Below are positions 48,723 through 58,939 of a stretch of DNA of 64,000 nt, in pieces; position 1 is the stretch's first letter; the number at the start of each line of letters is the position of its first letter. The notes below the pieces were generated by a model. The model did no database searches. It saw only the letters and a program-made list of their open reading frames with translations, and was not told the origin of the DNA. This stretch comes from Candidatus Krumholzibacteriota bacterium. Its GTDB lineage: Bacteria; Krumholzibacteriota; Krumholzibacteriia; JAJRXK01. Made by a program: the position numbers and the translations under genes. The DNA is taken from positions 288,001-352,000 of the forward strand of contig CAVXTH010000009.1 of NCBI GenBank assembly GCA_963764625.1. Reading direction: 5' to 3'.

Positions 48723-49198
48723 TCAGTCCACCGCGCCGATGTCGCGTCCCAGCAAGCGGGTGAGAAGCTCCGATTCGCAGTCCTCGTGGTTTCTCAACAG
48801 AGTCAAGATCTCCTCGAGGCGTCTCCGCAGACGCGGATTCGCCGGCTCCTCGCCCTGGGAGTAACTGAGGCTGGAGTGGACCAACTCCCTGACATCCATC
48901 AGCAGACGGGGGTGCTGCAGTTGGAGTTCCTGCAGCGGTTTGGCTCCTCGCGGGTGAACCTTTACCAATTCGTCGAAAACACCGCTGGAGGTTTCGAAAC
49001 GAAAATGGCGAAAGAGCTTGTCATGAAGCTCGACCAGGCTCTTGGACAGCGCGGCGGCCCAGCGATGAAATCCATCGTTGCCGATCTCTGGCCGGGGCTG
49101 CTGGGTGAAGCCTCGAGGTGGTCCAGAAGAATACGCAACTCGCGGTGCTCCGCGAGAACTTGATCGGTCTGGCTCAGCGGTTGAGGCGAAATTGACAT
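48723..49198 (-). CDS. Hemerythrin/HHE domain protein with one apparent single-base deletion near 49108
   Basis: Joining frames gives MSISPQ..AEHRELR..LE/FTQQPRPE..LVELHDKLFRHFRFET..QHPRLL..RNHEDCE, with His/Glu spacing like hemerythrin. Confidence 0.7.
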
Positions 49199-49266
49199 GG
49201 ATCCCCTCCTTGCGGAGAAGTTGGACTTCCCCTCTGCGATACGCGGCATGATCCTCCTGGAATGGA

Positions 49267-49298
49267 ATTACAGATAATCAGAGTTACTACTCTGTAAT
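49267..49298. promoter_or_regulatory. AT-rich nested inverted repeat (putative operator) in a divergent promoter region
   Basis: ATTACAGA-N16-TCTGTAAT overlapping CAGAGT-TACT-ACTCTG. Confidence 0.5.
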
Positions 49299-49433
49299 AT
49301 ACCAAATTTCGTGCTTTACTGACAAGGACGGAGTCGAGGCAGCGCCCCATTTTACGCTGGAACAAGAACTTGGCTGGGGCGACACTGCGCGGGTTGCCCG
49401 CTTGTCCTGCCTTTCGCACGGAGGAGGCCCACA

Positions 49434-50978
49434 TTGAATTACCCGGTCTGGGACCCGGGCTTCGCGCACGGAGTCCTCATCGCGGCGGTCGCGATCCTTC
49501 ACGTCTACATCAGTCACTTCGCAATCGGTGGGGGACTCTTCCTCGTGGTCACCGAGACCCTGGCGCGGCGCCGCAATGACGCGGGGCTTCTGGACTACCT
49601 GCATCTGCACTCCCGTTTCTTCATTCTTTTGACTCTGGTCTTCGGCGCCATCACCGGGGTGGGAATCTGGTTCACCATCGGACTCATCAATCCGGCAGGA
49701 ACGGACAACCTCATTCACGCCTTCGTCTGGGGATGGGCGATCGAGTGGGTCTTCTTTCTGGTCGAGATCATCTCCGCCCTCATCTACTACTACGGGTGGA
49801 AGACCATGCGCGCGCGCGATCACTTGATCGTGGGTTGGATCTACTTCGCCGCTGCGTGGCTTTCGCTCGCGGTGATCAACGGGATCCTGAGCTTTCAGCT
49901 CACCCCGGGAAAGTGGATTCAGACGCATGGCTTCTGGGATGGGATTCTCAATCCAAGCTATTTCTCCAGTTTGGTCGGACGCAGCGCCTTCGCGATCGCC
50001 CTGGCGGGGCTCTTCTGCCTGTGGACCGCGACACGACTTCAGTGGGGTCCCCTGCGCCGTTGGCTCACCCGCTATGCGGGACTGTGGGCCGCGGTGGGAC
50101 TGGCGGGAGCCTTTCTGAGCGCCATCTGGTGGTGGGATGGACTGCCGGCGGCGGTGCGGCAATTGGCGGCGGGGAACATGCCCATCGCAATGGAGGCCTT
50201 CAAGGTGGCGGTGTGGACGATCCGGGGGCTGGTCCTGCTTGTGGTGGTGCTGGCCATCGTCTTTCCCCGCGGGATCAATCCGGCGACGAGCGCCCTCATT
50301 CTGCTGTTCGGGCTGGTAGTGATCGGCTCGGGAGAGTGGCTGCGCGAGGCGATTCGCAAACCCTGGGTGATCCAGAATTACCTCTACTCCAACGGCTTGA
50401 GAGCGGATGAAGTGAAGACCATCAGGAGCGCGGGGATCGTGGCGTCCGATCCGTGGATCGACACTTCGAAGGCGGGCAATCCTTTGGGCATGGGCGAGGA
50501 GATCTTTCGCGCCGCGTGCAAGAACTGTCACTCGCGCAACGGCTACAACGGTCTCGCGGCCCGAGTGCGAGGGTGGGACGAGGAGTTCACGGCCGGCTTC
50601 ATCCAGCGCCTGGAATATAGCCTGCGCCCCATGCCGCCCTGGGTGGGGACGCAGCAAGAGGCCCACGAACTCGCCCAGTATCTCCTGAGCTTGCCCAAAG
50701 CCAAAGCGAGCGAGACTCGAGAACTCGATGGCCGGGAGGTGTACCAGAAACGCTGTTCGTCTTGTCATACTCTGTACGAAGAGCGTTCGCTGGCCGAGCG
50801 TCTGGAGGGCTCCAACGCCCAGGACATCGACGAATTCCTCCAAGATATGGAGTCCGACGAGATGCCGGCCTTTACCGCGGGTGAAGCGCAGCGCCATGCC
50901 CTCGCGCGATACCTGGAGAAGGCGGTCGGTGAGGGTGCGCCGAAAGATCAGACCCAAGCCGAAGGGAGTGCACGATGA
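49434..50978 (+). CDS. Cytochrome bd subunit I (CydA)-like membrane protein fused to two c-type cytochrome domains
   Basis: HVYISHFAIGG, FGAITGVGIWF, WAIEWVFF, EWLREAIRKPW; CKNCH..MPP and CSSCH..MPAF. TTG start after GGAGG. Confidence 0.8.
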   Translation: MNYPVWDPGFAHGVLIAAVAILHVYISHFAIGGGLFLVVTETLARRRNDAGLLDYLHLHSRFFILLTLVFGAITGVGIWFTIGLINPAGTDNLIHAFVWGWAIEWVFFLVEIISALIYYYGWKTMRARDHLIVGWIYFAAAWLSLAVINGILSFQLTPGKWIQTHGFWDGILNPSYFSSLVGRSAFAIALAGLFCLWTATRLQWGPLRRWLTRYAGLWAAVGLAGAFLSAIWWWDGLPAAVRQLAAGNMPIAMEAFKVAVWTIRGLVLLVVVLAIVFPRGINPATSALILLFGLVVIGSGEWLREAIRKPWVIQNYLYSNGLRADEVKTIRSAGIVASDPWIDTSKAGNPLGMGEEIFRAACKNCHSRNGYNGLAARVRGWDEEFTAGFIQRLEYSLRPMPPWVGTQQEAHELAQYLLSLPKAKASETRELDGREVYQKRCSSCHTLYEERSLAERLEGSNAQDIDEFLQDMESDEMPAFTAGEAQRHALARYLEKAVGEGAPKDQTQAEGSAR

Positions 50979-52078
50979 ACCCGGTGGTACCTGCCCCTGA
51001 CATTCTCCCCCTGCCGGGACCGGTATGGTTGTTCAAGACCTTACTGCACCTCACCTTCGTCATTCATCTTCTCTTCATGAATTTCACCCTGGGAGGAGCC
51101 GTACTCGCAGCGGTGTCGCGGTTGAGACGACACGATGAGGGGAAGCGCCTGGCGCGCTGGATCGAAACCAAGTTGCCCACGGCATTGGCGATGACGGTGG
51201 TATTCGGCGTGGCGCCCCTTCTTTTCGTTCAAGTCCTCTACGGCAACCTTCTCTACACTTCGAGTATCTTGATCGCCTGGCCCTGGTGGTTGGTCATTCC
51301 CGTTCTCATCGTGGCCTACTACGCCGCCTACGCGCTCGCGTTCAGGGGCGATCGCTTCAGCTGGGCATTTCATGCCCTGGGTTGGCTCGTGCTTCTGGGC
51401 CTGCTCTACATTTCCCACGTCTTCGTACACAACATGAGTCTCGTGCTGAGGCCCGAGAGCTGGTCTGCCATCTATCACGCCGATCCCTCAGGCATGAACT
51501 CCAATTACAGTGATCCAAGCCTGTGGCCGCGGTACCTACACTTCTTGCTGGCTGCCATTGCCGTGTGCGGACTGATGATCGCGTGGGAAGGGGCGCAGAG
51601 GGTGAAGCGGGACAAGGCCGACGGTCGCTACCGGCTGCGATTCGGCGCCATGTGGTTCCTCATTCCCACTGGCCTGCAGTACCTGGTGGGAACCTGGTTC
51701 CTGCTTTCGCTTCCCCGGGACGTCATCATGACTTTCATGGGCCAGAGCATCGGCGGCACCGTGGCGTTCATCGCCTCGATCATTCTTCCCCTCGGGGCGC
51801 TCATGACTGTGGCCATGGCGATTCGTCATCCTCAACCGCAGAGGCTCATGAACGTCGCGGCGGCGCATCTTCTGGGCACCCTCGTGGCCATGGTCATCGT
51901 GCGCGATACCGTGCGCGACCGCCTTCTCGCGCCGGTCTTCAAGCTCTCCGATCTCAAAGTGGAGTCTCAAACCGGGGTTCTTCTGCTCTTCATCGTGCTA
52001 CTGCTCGTGGGGCTGGGTACGGTCGCCTGGATGTTGCGGCTCTACTCCACCCGGTCGAGTTCCTCGTCAGCCCCATGA
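50975..52078 (+). CDS. Partner membrane subunit (divergent CydA-like) of the cytochrome complex
   Basis: ATGA-coupled; LTFVIHLLFMN, GVAPLLFVQVLY, PRYLHF; about 9 TM segments. Confidence 0.65.
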   Translation: MNPVVPAPDILPLPGPVWLFKTLLHLTFVIHLLFMNFTLGGAVLAAVSRLRRHDEGKRLARWIETKLPTALAMTVVFGVAPLLFVQVLYGNLLYTSSILIAWPWWLVIPVLIVAYYAAYALAFRGDRFSWAFHALGWLVLLGLLYISHVFVHNMSLVLRPESWSAIYHADPSGMNSNYSDPSLWPRYLHFLLAAIAVCGLMIAWEGAQRVKRDKADGRYRLRFGAMWFLIPTGLQYLVGTWFLLSLPRDVIMTFMGQSIGGTVAFIASIILPLGALMTVAMAIRHPQPQRLMNVAAAHLLGTLVAMVIVRDTVRDRLLAPVFKLSDLKVESQTGVLLLFIVLLLVGLGTVAWMLRLYSTRSSSSSAP

Positions 52079-52098
52079 TGTGAAGAGAAGTCGGGAGA

Positions 52099-52127
52099 AT
52101 TCACGCCGCCTTCACGTGTTCTTCATG
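52099..52127 (+). promoter_or_regulatory. Putative Pho box
   Basis: TTCAC/TTCAC/TTCAT direct repeats at 52100, 52111 and 52122 (exact 11-bp period), upstream of the phosphate porin and phoU. Confidence 0.7.
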
Positions 52128-52185
52128 ATCTGTCCCTAGCTTTTGCGGCGGTCTTTCCGATCACCACTTCGAAGGGATAAAGAAG

Positions 52186-53382
52186 ATGTCGGGTAGCAAG
52201 GGGACAAGCCGGGTTTCATTCGCCATTTTCGCGGTCTTGGCCTTGACGATCGCGAGCACGAGTATGGCTATGGCCAAGGAGATGACCGTCGAGTGGAAGG
52301 ACGGCCTGAACTTCAAGAGTCCGGAGGATGGAGTTTCGATGAAACTCGGCGGACGCATCCTCAACGACTGGGCCTGGTTTTCCGAGAGAAAGGATGCCCA
52401 GGTCTCCACCGCGGATGCCACGGAATTCCGTCGTGCGCGCATGTACATGTCGGGCAAGCTCGGAGGAGGTCTCATCTTCAAGAGCCAGATCGACTTCTCC
52501 AGCGGTGAAGTCGCCTTCAAGGACATGTACATGGGAATCGAAGGTCTGCCGGTTGTGGGAGAGCTCACCGTGGGCCAGCAGCACGAGCCGTTCAGCCTCG
52601 AGGAGCTCACCAGCAGCAACTACATCACTTTCATGGAGCGCTCCCCCGCCGCGGTCTTTGACGTGGAGCGCAACACGGGCATCATGGTCAAGAACGGTTG
52701 GGCGAAGGAGCGAGTGCTTGCCTCCTTCGGGATCTTCCGCGACACCGGTGAGACCGGCAAGGGAAGCGGCGATGCCAAGTACAACTACTCGGCTCGTCTG
52801 AGCGGTCTGCCCTACGAGGACACTGAGCATCATCGCTTGATTCATGTGGGAGTCGCCGGGAGTTTTCGCAAGACTCAAGAGGGCATTTATCAGGTTTCAG
52901 TCAAACCATCCTCACACTTGACGAGCTCGATTCTGAAGAGCGACGAGCTGGCGGCCAACGAATATTTGCTCGCCGGCTTCGAGGCCGCCACCGTATGGGG
53001 CCCGTTCTCGCTGGACGCCGAGTACAAGCTCGCGGACATCAACGTCGCGATGGGAGACAATCCGAAACTGAGCGGCTTCTACCTTTCCGGAAGCTGGTTT
53101 CTGACCGGGGAGAGCCGACCCTACAAGCACTCCGAAGGCGCCTTCGGTCACGTGAAACCGAGCAAGCCTTTGGGCACCGGCGCGGGAGCCTGGGAAGTGG
53201 CGGCTCGGGTCGCGCACGTCGATCTGGCTGACGCCAACGGTGGCCAGCTGGACGATTACACCTTGGGAATCAACTGGTACGCCAACAACAATGCCCGGGT
53301 GATGCTCAACTACGTCTACTCCGACGCGAACGAGTACGGTCGGTTCAGCGGGTTGCAGACTCGATTCATGGTATATTTCTAG
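52186..53382 (+). CDS. Phosphate-selective porin (OprO/OprP family)
   Basis: Signal peptide; FRRAR, GQQHEPFSLEELTSS..TFMERS, WFLTGESRPY, GAWEVAAR, LGINWY; terminal Phe. Confidence 0.9.
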   Translation: MSGSKGTSRVSFAIFAVLALTIASTSMAMAKEMTVEWKDGLNFKSPEDGVSMKLGGRILNDWAWFSERKDAQVSTADATEFRRARMYMSGKLGGGLIFKSQIDFSSGEVAFKDMYMGIEGLPVVGELTVGQQHEPFSLEELTSSNYITFMERSPAAVFDVERNTGIMVKNGWAKERVLASFGIFRDTGETGKGSGDAKYNYSARLSGLPYEDTEHHRLIHVGVAGSFRKTQEGIYQVSVKPSSHLTSSILKSDELAANEYLLAGFEAATVWGPFSLDAEYKLADINVAMGDNPKLSGFYLSGSWFLTGESRPYKHSEGAFGHVKPSKPLGTGAGAWEVAARVAHVDLADANGGQLDDYTLGINWYANNNARVMLNYVYSDANEYGRFSGLQTRFMVYF

Positions 53383-53396
53383 GGCATCTCCATCCG

Positions 53397-53433
53397 CCGG
53401 CGCAGAGTTCGGTACGCAGGGGCTCTGCGTCGG
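53397..53433 (+). other. Intergenic RNA hairpin between the porin and phoU
   Basis: Stem CCGGCGCAGAGTTC...GGGCTCTGCGTCGG with no U tail. Confidence 0.45.
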
Positions 53434-53463
53434 ACCTTCCCCGAGATCGTCGAGGAGACCGGA

Positions 53464-54120
53464 ATGAAACACCTCGATCGCGCTCTCGACCATCTCAGCG
53501 TCGACATTCTCGCGGTGGGCAAGAGAGTCGACGACGCCCTCAGCACCGCTGCACAGGCGTATCTGGGACAGGACATGGTGGCGGCGCGCACCGTCATCGA
53601 GGGCGACAGGGAGATCGACGCTCTCGAGGTGGAAGTCGAGGAGGAATGTCTGAAGATCCTGGCACTGCACCAGCCGGTCGCGGCTGACCTGCGCTACGTG
53701 GTTACTGCTCTCAAGGTCAATAACGACCTCGAGCGCATCGGCGATCTTTCGGCCAACATCGGTCACCGTACCGTGAGTCTGGCCGCACTGGGAGAGATGC
53801 ACGCGCCGACCACGCTATCGGTGATGAGCCGTATTTCCCTGGAAATGGTGAGAAAGAGCCTCGAGGCGCTCGTCAACCGCGACACCGCTTCCGCGCGTGA
53901 GGTGCTCGAGGAGGACAACCGGCTGGACGAGTTGCATCGCCGCACGATTTCGGAATTGATGGCTCTGATGGCCCAAGACTCTTCCACCGTCACCGAGGCG
54001 ACGCAGCACCTCTCCGTCTCGCGATGTTTCGAACGCATCGGAGACCTGGCCACCAACATCGCCGAAGACGTGATCTTTCTCGTCGACGGCGATGTGGTGC
54101 GGCACGGGGGCTCTATTTAG
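53464..54120 (+). CDS. phoU: Phosphate signalling complex protein PhoU
   Basis: D.EID..E, QPVAADLR, DLERIGD, ERIGDLATNIAE. Confidence 0.95.
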   Translation: MKHLDRALDHLSVDILAVGKRVDDALSTAAQAYLGQDMVAARTVIEGDREIDALEVEVEEECLKILALHQPVAADLRYVVTALKVNNDLERIGDLSANIGHRTVSLAALGEMHAPTTLSVMSRISLEMVRKSLEALVNRDTASAREVLEEDNRLDELHRRTISELMALMAQDSSTVTEATQHLSVSRCFERIGDLATNIAEDVIFLVDGDVVRHGGSI

Positions 54121-54130
54121 GTCGTACTCC

Positions 54131-54586
54131 TCAACTCAGCGAGGTAGTACAAAACGCGCACCGGGTCGCCTTGATGGGAATGGTGGAAAGGCACTGGGGG
54201 CATTCCCTGGTCGTGGGCTCGGCCGGCGCGGGAGCTGGCTCTTCTCTCTTGAGCCGGTTGATCGACCGGACGACAAAAAAGACCGCGAATGCCACGATGA
54301 GGAAGCTGATTACGGTGTTGATGAAGACGCCCAGGTTGAGCGTTACCGCGCCTGCCTCTTGAGCCGCGAGCAGGGTATCATAGGGACCCGCGATTTCCGC
54401 GCCGTGCTTGAGTACCACGAAAAGGTTGCTGAAGTCGACTCCGCCGAGCAGCAGGCCGATGGGCGGCATGATGATGTCGGCAACTAGGGACTTTACGATG
54501 GTGGAGAAGGCGGCGCCGATGATGATCCCGACCGCCATGTCCACCACGTTGCCTTTGACCGCGAATTCCTTGAATTCCTTGAGCAT
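54131..54586 (-). CDS. mscL: Large-conductance mechanosensitive channel with C-terminal Zn-ribbon
   Basis: [24 protein letters not shown]; C-terminal CPQC..RCAFC. Confidence 0.95.
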   Translation of the reverse strand: MLKEFKEFAVKGNVVDMAVGIIIGAAFSTIVKSLVADIIMPPIGLLLGGVDFSNLFVVLKHGAEIAGPYDTLLAAQEAGAVTLNLGVFINTVISFLIVAFAVFFVVRSINRLKREEPAPAPAEPTTRECPQCLSTIPIKATRCAFCTTSLS

Positions 54587-54709
54587 CTCATCCTCCAGTG
54601 CTCCTGAGAGCGGGGCCGAACGAGCTGGGAGCCCTCCAGCAGACGCTTGCTTGGAAAAAATGTCGGAGATCCGTCCCAGCGTGTCTAGCTCAATCTGACG
54701 GGGCGAGAC

Positions 54710-55419
54710 TCACAGGGGGCGGTAGGTGCGGAAGATGAAATCCCACAGCGGAGTGGAAATCCCGAAGCGATCGTGCCGCGGATCGAAATGGTGCTGGAGA
54801 TGGTATTGGCGCAACCACTTTCCGATCCCCCGCGTGGGATGGAAGTGGTGCGTGTAGTAGTGAATCCAGTCGTAGGCCAGATATCCCAGGAAAGTGCCCG
54901 CGAAGACCTGGGCCCACAGCGCAGAGCCGAAGATCAGGTAGTACAGAAAGCCCGTGACGGTTCCCAAGAGTCCGATCATCAAAGGAGGAGCGACGAGCCG
55001 CATCTTGTCGTCGGGGAACTCGTGGTGATACCCGTGCGCCATGAACATCCACATCTTCCCCCCCACCCCGGGGGCTGGTAGTGGAAGACCCAGCGATGGA
55101 GGATGTACTCGAGCAGAGTCCAGAGAAGAAAGCCCACCGCCATCAGGCCCAAAGTACCCGGGAAGGTCGAGTGGCCGAGCACGATTCCCCGGTAAAACCC
55201 CAAGGCGAGGAAGGGCAGGGTGTAGAAGAGCGGCGTAACCGGGTGAGCCTTGCTCAAGAACCTCTCGACCTTGTCATGGCGAAAGATCCGAATGCCCTCC
55301 TTACGCCTGCGGTTCTCGGGCATGGGAGGATTTTCGATGCTCTGCCAGTGATCCACGACCTCGAGGAGTTCATCGGACCAGACAGCTTGTCCTCGGCGAT
55401 AGGCGACCGATTCTGTCAT
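54710..55419 (-). CDS. Fatty acid hydroxylase / sterol desaturase (FA2H/Scs7-like), frameshifted in G/C runs at 55058-55074
   Basis: His boxes EYILHRWVFH (ORF 54979) and HGYHH, HYYTHH, HLQHH (ORF 54710); one extra base joins them. Confidence 0.8.
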
Positions 55420-55580
55420 GAGGACTCTCGCAGTTGGAGAAGGGACCAAACGACACGGCTTCAATGGCAAAAGTGTAGACGGCCCGCCCACCCTCAGCCA
55501 GGACAAACTGGTTTCGAGCTGTGCTTTCGTGTAATGATACGCACTGCAAGCAGTTGCCCGTTCGCCTGGGGAGGGGAACC

Positions 55581-56342
55581 ATGACATCTCCGGTTTCGTC
55601 GTGGCGCATTCTGGTGGCGGGCGCGGCCGGTGCGATCGGCAGCGGCATCGTCACCGAGCTCGTCGGCAGCGGCGCGCGGGTTGTGGCGGTGGACCGGGAC
55701 GAGACGGGATTGCGCCGTTTGAAGCAGCAGCTCTCTTCGACGCCGTTGAGCCGCTTGAGCACGGAGGGCTGTGATCTCGCCCACGCCGACCGGGTCGCGG
55801 AGCTGGCTCGACACATTCTTTCCACCGGAGAAGGGCTGGATGCGCTCGTGTGCTGTCTGGGCCTCTGGTGGGAAGCGGGTAGGCTTCGCGAAGTGGAGAT
55901 TCTGGAGGAATGGGAGCGAGTTGAGAGGAGCACGATCGTGCCCCAGTTGCTCCTCACCCGCGCGTTTGTGCCGGTCCTGGCGCGGAATGACGAAGCTCGT
56001 TGTCTGTGGATCAACGGCGGAACCGCCGAGACACCGCAACCAGGAGCGGGGCTTTCCAACCTCGCCTCGGCGGCGCAGCTGATGCTCGCGCGCGTACTGA
56101 GCGCCGAAGAGGAACGCCTGCACACCGTCACCCTTCTGCTCGAAGGTCCGGTGCGTTCGCGCAAGATGTCCAGCGGTGAACCGGATTGGATGGACGACCG
56201 CGGGGTGGGAGCGGCCTGCGTGCGCATCTTGGGCGCGAAGAATCTTCCCCGAGGTGCTATTCTCCGCGCCGGAAACCGTGCGGAATTGAACGACGTCCCT
56301 GCGGACATCCGCGAAAATCGACCTCCACCCGTCGAGGAGTGA
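55581..56342 (+). CDS. SDR-family oxidoreductase (atypical)
   Basis: VAGAAGAIG Rossmann motif, GLDALV; canonical YxxxK is absent. Confidence 0.7.
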   Translation: MTSPVSSWRILVAGAAGAIGSGIVTELVGSGARVVAVDRDETGLRRLKQQLSSTPLSRLSTEGCDLAHADRVAELARHILSTGEGLDALVCCLGLWWEAGRLREVEILEEWERVERSTIVPQLLLTRAFVPVLARNDEARCLWINGGTAETPQPGAGLSNLASAAQLMLARVLSAEEERLHTVTLLLEGPVRSRKMSSGEPDWMDDRGVGAACVRILGAKNLPRGAILRAGNRAELNDVPADIRENRPPPVEE

Positions 56343-56347
56343 CGACG

Positions 56348-56851
56348 ATGAAGGATTGCCCCTGCCATTCGGGATGGGACTACGAGAAGTGCTGCGGGCC
56401 CGTGCTCCGCGGCGAAGAGAACGCCGCGACGGCGGAAGACCTGATGCGCGCTCGGTACTGCGCCTACGTGGAAGGAGAGATCGACTTCATCGTCGACTCC
56501 ACCTGGCCGCAAAAACGCGAGGAACTCGACCTGGAGCACATCAGGGAGTGGTCAGAAAGCTCGAAGTGGCAGGACCTCGAGATCTTCGAAGGTTCAAAGG
56601 ACCAAGAGGACCGCGACGAACAGGTGGTGGAGTTCAAGGCCTATTACGTCGACGCACAAGGGGAGGAAGTGGTCCATCACGAGCGAAGCCTCTTCCGGCG
56701 CGAAGAGGGCCGTTGGTATTTCGTCGACGGAACCCCCGGTCGGCAGGAACCGGTGCGGAGAGAGAACCCCAAAGTGGGTCGGAATGATCCCTGCCCCTGC
56801 GGCAGCGGCAAGAAATTCAAGAAATGCTGTGAGCTCAAAGCGAGAGCATGA
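56348..56851 (+). CDS. ychJ: YchJ family protein with SEC-C motifs
   Basis: [40 protein letters not shown]. Confidence 0.92.
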   Translation: MKDCPCHSGWDYEKCCGPVLRGEENAATAEDLMRARYCAYVEGEIDFIVDSTWPQKREELDLEHIREWSESSKWQDLEIFEGSKDQEDRDEQVVEFKAYYVDAQGEEVVHHERSLFRREEGRWYFVDGTPGRQEPVRRENPKVGRNDPCPCGSGKKFKKCCELKARA

Positions 56852-57741
56852 ACTACCTGGGAGAGATCTTCGCTCTCGCGGCACCCCTCAGCTGGTCCAT
56901 CGCGGTCATCCTCTTCCACAAAACGGGAAGAGTGGTGCCGCCGCTCGCACTGAACCTCTTCAAGAACTCGGTGGCGTTCGTCCTGTTCCTGTTGACCATG
57001 TTCCTGGTACGTGAGCCCATCGTTCGATCGCATCCGGTTTCCCTCTATTTCTTGCTGCTGACGAGTGGGGTGATCGGCATCGGGATCTCCGATACCCTCT
57101 TCTTCATGACCCTCAATCGAGTGGGCGCTGGAACGCAGGCGATCATCAACACCAGTTACAGCCCCTCGATCATCCTGCTCAGCTTTTTCTTTCTCGGTGA
57201 GCGCTTGAGTCCACTCCAACTCCTCGGCGTCGCCTTCATTCTCCTCGCGGTGTTGTCCCTGGCCTGGCCGACCAAAGGTCCCAAGCACCTTTCCCGGCGT
57301 ACGATCGTGGTGGGGATTCTGCTCGGTTTGGCCACGACGCTCACCCAGGCGGTCTCCATCGTGATGGTCAAACCGGTGTTGGCGGAGATTCCGCTTCTGT
57401 GGGCCAATCTCTGGCGATTGGCTGGGGGGCTTCTCACCTCGATTCTCCTCATCGGGTTCTTGCCCGGTCTGAGCATCGGGCTCAAGAGCCTGAAGAACGT
57501 CGCGATCTGGCCCTCCATGATCCCGGGCGCGGTGATGGGCACCTACGTGTCGCTACTCTTCTGGCTGGGGGGCATGAAGTACACCTTGGCCTCCACCGCG
57601 GCCGCTCTGAATCAGACCGCGACCCTCTGGACCTTCGTTCTGGCGGTTCTCGTGCTGCACGAGCCCCTGACGAGAGGCCGCTTGCTCGGACTCTGCGGAG
57701 GACTGGCGGGAGTCGCGCTCGTCACCTTCGGCCAGTCCTAG
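56848..57741 (+). CDS. DMT/EamA family transporter
   Basis: Ten TM segments in two repeats; FLGERL and LHEPL motifs. Confidence 0.88.
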   Translation: MNYLGEIFALAAPLSWSIAVILFHKTGRVVPPLALNLFKNSVAFVLFLLTMFLVREPIVRSHPVSLYFLLLTSGVIGIGISDTLFFMTLNRVGAGTQAIINTSYSPSIILLSFFFLGERLSPLQLLGVAFILLAVLSLAWPTKGPKHLSRRTIVVGILLGLATTLTQAVSIVMVKPVLAEIPLLWANLWRLAGGLLTSILLIGFLPGLSIGLKSLKNVAIWPSMIPGAVMGTYVSLLFWLGGMKYTLASTAAALNQTATLWTFVLAVLVLHEPLTRGRLLGLCGGLAGVALVTFGQS

Positions 57742-57742
57742 T

Positions 57743-57758
57743 TGGCACGAATCCTTCC
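57743..57758 (+). promoter_or_regulatory. Possible sigma-54-like promoter
   Basis: TGGCACGAATCCTTCC, the same TGGCACG-N4-CTTC pattern as 18531. Confidence 0.35.
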
Positions 57759-57853
57759 TGCATGAACCAGAGTGTCGTTTAAAAGCCCCAGAATGGGGTG
57801 GCCTTAGTGCGTTTTGCACGATTGTGCCCTTCATGAGCGAGGGCAGCAGGAGG

Positions 57854-58852
57854 ATGACCATGATTGGGAGTTTGAAAGCCCGGGCCCTGCTTCTCTTGGT
57901 GCCGATCTCCATTCTGGCGATCTCAGCCTGCAAGGATGGTAGTGGCGGACTCGATCCGATCGTTCCCGCAGCGGGTACGAACATCGCCGCGAACGAGTTC
58001 GTGACCGCAATCGCCCAAGAAAGCCAGCCGGGAGTCTATACGGACGCCCTGATGCCCCGGGGATCCACCGAGGGGCCGATGCTCTTGGGTCCGCGCGAGT
58101 ACGTGCAGGGTTCTTCGGCGCTGGTGCAAGTGATCACCGATTCCTCGGCCACCGAACTCGTCGTCAGTGTGGCCAATACCTCTTCGGGTTACTGGACTAT
58201 TCCCCTGACCACCTCCGCCAAGGCGGCGGTGAGGGATGGCGCGGACTTCCTGCCGGGGACGGAGGCGACCCTCACCAAGATCGCGGTGAGCGAGGGATCT
58301 CGAGCCGCCGCGGTCGCGTCCTCGAATGCTTGGATCTTGACCATCACCCCCACCGGAACTCCGGGGCGCACCTCCTTCAGACTGCTCGTGGCGCAGCGCA
58401 CGCCGGAAGGTCTGAGTCTCGCGAGCTCGCACACGGTCTATCAGAACGCCACCGCAGTTGGATCGGATGCCCTGCAGGTGAGTCTGAACTGGCTCGATCC
58501 CGTCGACATGGATCTCCACGTGGAGACTCCCGATGGAGGAGACATCCATTGGGGCGCCCCGAGCGGAGCCCAAGGTGGTGTGCTCGATCTGGACTCCAAC
58601 CCGGCGTGCAGCATCGATGGCACGAACAACGAGAACATCACCTGGCTGAGCACGACGCCGGTCGCGGGCACCTATACGGTGCGGCTCGACCTGTGGTCGG
58701 CCTGCGCGCAATCGGGTCCCTTCCCCTACATCATCACGATCACCGTGAACGGGGAGACCTCGCTCTACCAGGGTGAGCTTCTGGCGACAGATGCCGATGC
58801 GGGCGGCGCTCATTCCGGCCAGATCATCCATACCCTGACCGTAGGCGGCTGA
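57854..58852 (+). CDS. Lipoprotein with YfaP/DUF2135-like domain
   Basis: Lipobox ISAC; LQVSLNW..DMDLHVETPDG, LDLDSN, ENITW, GTYTV. Confidence 0.78.
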   Translation: MTMIGSLKARALLLLVPISILAISACKDGSGGLDPIVPAAGTNIAANEFVTAIAQESQPGVYTDALMPRGSTEGPMLLGPREYVQGSSALVQVITDSSATELVVSVANTSSGYWTIPLTTSAKAAVRDGADFLPGTEATLTKIAVSEGSRAAAVASSNAWILTITPTGTPGRTSFRLLVAQRTPEGLSLASSHTVYQNATAVGSDALQVSLNWLDPVDMDLHVETPDGGDIHWGAPSGAQGGVLDLDSNPACSIDGTNNENITWLSTTPVAGTYTVRLDLWSACAQSGPFPYIITITVNGETSLYQGELLATDADAGGAHSGQIIHTLTVGG

Positions 58853-58905
58853 TTCGAGTCGCCTTGGTGCCTCGTCTGTCGTACAGAGGTGTGCGAAGAT
58901 GGGTT

Positions 58906-58931
58906 GGGGCCGCTCCCTCGGGGGCGGCCCC
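58906..58931. terminator. GC-rich hairpin between convergent genes
   Basis: GGGGCCGCTCC-CTCG-GGGGCGGCCCC. Confidence 0.55.
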
Positions 58932-58939
58932 GTCTTGGA

